Positions 16,796-19,094 of a stretch of 19,094 bases of DNA are shown here, piece by piece. Position 1 is the stretch's first letter. Each line of letters begins with the position of its first letter. This stretch comes from Candidatus Thorarchaeota archaeon (GTDB taxonomy: Archaea; Asgardarchaeota; Thorarchaeia; Thorarchaeales; Thorarchaeaceae): positions 1-19,094 of the forward strand of contig JBHLRP010000025.1 in NCBI GenBank assembly GCA_048882485.1. Reading direction: 5' to 3'. The notes under the pieces were generated by a model. The model did no database searches. It saw only the letters and a program-made list of their open reading frames with translations, and was not told the DNA's origin. The translations under genes and the position numbers were made by a program.

Positions 16796-18064
16796 CTACC
16801 GCCCCTTGAGATATTGCTTGAGCATCCTGTGAACTTGAAGGGCAGCCAAAGAGTTGTTAATAAGTCCTTGTTCGGCTAGTGACCAGACTGCTTGAGTGAA
16901 GATAATGACATGTGATGCTCTTGGTGCTCCATTAAGGGCAGACATGGCATACTGTGCAGCTTTCACAATAGGCCAGTCTTTCCTTGATATGTCTGGGATT
17001 ATCTCCTCAAAGACACCTGCTTTCAAATCCATCATCTTGTCCCAGTAGTCAGTTGCGTTCTTCACGAGCCATAGCCTGACTTTTCCTGAGTTTGGTAGGT
17101 CTATTCCGCGTGGCAACTGGTCCCAGTTGGTTCCTGATTTTTCCTTAATGAGCTTCTCAGTGGACAATTGTTGCGTTTTCAGAGGCTTTGTCCCGATGTT
17201 CCGCCGCAATCTATCTAGCAGCCAATCAACTGTATAACTATGAACTAGCCTGGTTTCAGCTGCAGCAGCTATTCTCTGTGCAAATATTCCATTGTGGCCT
17301 AGAACGCCGTATTCCACAATGGATGTAGCAATGAGGTTCTTGTGTTTCGAAAGACTTGTCGGCGGAGCCATCCTGTCCATTTGATTATCTATTCTGAAGC
17401 CATCCGGCTGCTTTTGTGGCACTTTTCTGATAAGGTACTCTGTTAGATGCCATAGCGAGGCTTGATGCGGGAGTTTGTAGTCAGATTTCGGAAGTTCGGA
17501 AACGAGAGACATTGGCATGATAAAGGCGTGTCCAAGGTTGTCAGGATCTTCTGCGGCTAGAGATGCAGTCATGCGGCGGAGCCGAATAGGATCATCGCGG
17601 CTTCCAAGTCGCAATGCAAAGCTGAGTGCACTCATGTGTGCCTGTTTCCTTATAGACTGGGTGTAGTTTCGCATAGTCATATCTAAGGAATCAAGCCTAG
17701 TGTCAACATTATACCTGGGTCCACGTTCGTTAATCCAGTGGTCAATTGCAGCCAGATGCAACGCCAAGCGTTCGAGGAGTGCTTTTTGTAGGGGTTCACT
17801 GAGATCATTGGGTGTCTTGAGTTTGGAAGAAGGAGGCTTGGTTGATAATATATCAGGATTTGAGCCGAGCTCCTTTATCATTTGATGGATTGAGTGAGTT
17901 ATAATTGTAGAATGAGGCGTGTCGAAATCGCGCTGCTCATTCCAAGCTGCGGCATGCATTAGAATCGCCCATATGGCTGATGGTTGACTCTTCGACACCA
18001 TCTCGCCAACAAGGGATGCCGCACCGGGTTCGTCACCAGTCAGGCACGCCTTGAAGAGAGTCAT
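16796..18064 (-). CDS. Hypothetical helical protein with four H-x-x-I motifs
   Basis: 422-aa ORF with motifs PHSTI, GHAFI, GHNGI and SHVII; no confident family. Confidence 0.8.
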   Translation of the reverse strand: MTLFKACLTGDEPGAASLVGEMVSKSQPSAIWAILMHAAAWNEQRDFDTPHSTIITHSIHQMIKELGSNPDILSTKPPSSKLKTPNDLSEPLQKALLERLALHLAAIDHWINERGPRYNVDTRLDSLDMTMRNYTQSIRKQAHMSALSFALRLGSRDDPIRLRRMTASLAAEDPDNLGHAFIMPMSLVSELPKSDYKLPHQASLWHLTEYLIRKVPQKQPDGFRIDNQMDRMAPPTSLSKHKNLIATSIVEYGVLGHNGIFAQRIAAAAETRLVHSYTVDWLLDRLRRNIGTKPLKTQQLSTEKLIKEKSGTNWDQLPRGIDLPNSGKVRLWLVKNATDYWDKMMDLKAGVFEEIIPDISRKDWPIVKAAQYAMSALNGAPRASHVIIFTQAVWSLAEQGLINNSLAALQVHRMLKQYLKGR

Positions 18065-18142
18065 TGAGAAACACCGGAATTGGATATAGCTCTAACGTAC
18101 TTATTTCTTCAGACATCCATTGATTACGCTAATGTTTCCTCT

Positions 18143-18658
18143 CTAGGACACTATGAATGACTCTCGACACATCGTGCAGGTGATGGTTTCCCCTTTCACC
18201 GCAATTCGTTCCAAATCCCCTTTGCAGTATGGACAAGCACCAATCGTCTTGGGGGGTGGACCAGTTCCCGTTCCTAGAATGAAGTCTCCCGCATCGTGGT
18301 CGATTCTGCCAGACAGTTCTCGACCATCTAGGAGGTCACTCAGAATACGTGTGACATTCATGGCGCTAACTCCAGAGTCCTGAGCGATTCGTTCTATTGA
18401 TATACGGCGCATCGATTGAACCGTCTTCTTCACTGCAGTTACAGGATCTGTCATCACAGGTTTTGCAGCAGGTGTTGGAGTGAGCGACTCACGAGCTTCT
18501 GAGAGTCCTGTTGGAACTCCACCTGCAGCCCTTAACTGTGCTCTTAGTTCACCCGTCCTTCGATTGTACTCCTCCTCAGCCATCAATCCACGCATATAGT
18601 CTAATTCCAAATCCTTGATTGCAGTTTCAATTCTCTTGATTTCGTTGGGGTCGCTCAT
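18143..18658 (-). CDS. SHOCT-like + PCI-type winged-helix + zinc-ribbon protein
   Basis: N-terminal L...Y.RG.M.EEEY..R...L (SHOCT-like); central RISIERIA...GVS...V..ILSDLL..REL.GRID...G.F (PCI winged-helix pattern); C-terminal CPYC...CTMC. Confidence 0.7.
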   Translation of the reverse strand: MSDPNEIKRIETAIKDLELDYMRGLMAEEEYNRRTGELRAQLRAAGGVPTGLSEARESLTPTPAAKPVMTDPVTAVKKTVQSMRRISIERIAQDSGVSAMNVTRILSDLLDGRELSGRIDHDAGDFILGTGTGPPPKTIGACPYCKGDLERIAVKGETITCTMCRESFIVS

Positions 18659-18705
18659 TTCCGAAATCGCTCCTTGTTATGCGCATCTTTCCAGAAGTGA
18701 TTATC

Positions 18706-18713
18706 CAATATAA
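18706..18713 (-). promoter_or_regulatory. Putative TATA box of the PCI-like gene
   Basis: TTATATTG on the minus strand, about 48 nt upstream of ATG 18658; an AAGGAG SD-like sequence also precedes the start. Confidence 0.4.
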
Positions 18714-18739
18714 GCGAAATTCGCTCAAATCCTGAATCA

Positions 18740-19094
18740 TTAGAGACGAATCCCTTCTGGCAATTCATCTAGTAACATCCCTTTAGACTCAGCTATCCTG
18801 ACTGCATCAGTAGCCTTCTTCCCACCTATGTTCTCCAGTGCTCCAGCCACAGTCTGTCTCACAAATAATGACTCGTCGTCAAGTGCTTTAATCAAAGGAC
18901 CAACCGAAGTCTTGTCCTTTCGCTCTCCAAGTTGTACCGCCACGTGTATCCGAATCATATACCTTGAGTCACTAAGTGCCTGCACAAGAATTCCAGTGGC
19001 ACGTTTGTCCTTGAGAGATCCTAGACGCTCTATAGCACCCATTACTATCTGTTCATCTTCACTCTGCAGTTCTTTTGCTAGTTCGTCTACAATC
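18740..19094 (-). CDS. HEAT-repeat (PBS-lyase HEAT-like) protein, 5' end beyond the window
   Basis: Repeats L...L.D....R...A..LG (ALSDSRYMIRIHVAVQLG; ALDDESLFVRQTVAGALE). The frame stays open from 19042 to the window edge (IVDELAKELQSEDEQIVMG...). Confidence 0.88.
   Translation of the reverse strand, partial: IVDELAKELQSEDEQIVMGAIERLGSLKDKRATGILVQALSDSRYMIRIHVAVQLGERKDKTSVGPLIKALDDESLFVRQTVAGALENIGGKKATDAVRIAESKGMLLDELPEGIRL

Noticed and set aside
1-19094. CRISPR array, IS element or rRNA
   Set aside because: No regularly spaced repeats, transposase ORF or rRNA-like sequence seen.

Overview
Archaeal genomic window, most consistent with an Asgard (Thorarchaeota-like) chromosome. That placement is inferred from TATA-type promoters, archaeal Rqc2/AMMECR1/CBS-Zn genes, an OPTI/EMC6-like protein and a PCI-like winged-helix protein. 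Left to right: the 3' end of a tRNA (probably Glu); a DUF362 protein; a minus-strand run rqc2 > CBS-Zn > CBS4 > pyrC > AMMECR1 > nadC; a divergent Rab5ip/OPTI/EMC6-like membrane protein; a minimal A24 prepilin peptidase; and a fumarate module. That module comprises split class I fumarate hydratase alpha/beta, an unknown ORF, an unannotated hydrophobic micro-ORF and a soluble TfrAB-type (CCG-domain) fumarate reductase. A variable region follows, with a membrane protein, a frameshifted HsdR-N-like nuclease, a SAM methyltransferase, a His-repeat helical protein, a SHOCT-PCI-zinc-ribbon protein and a HEAT-repeat protein. Best leads: (1) a methanogen-type thiol:fumarate reductase architecture whose flavoprotein keeps the covalent-FAD histidine; (2) an OPTI-like insertase partner head-to-head with rqc2; (3) the HEAT + SHOCT-PCI-Zn pair. 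All family calls come from motif recognition by eye; no searches were run.
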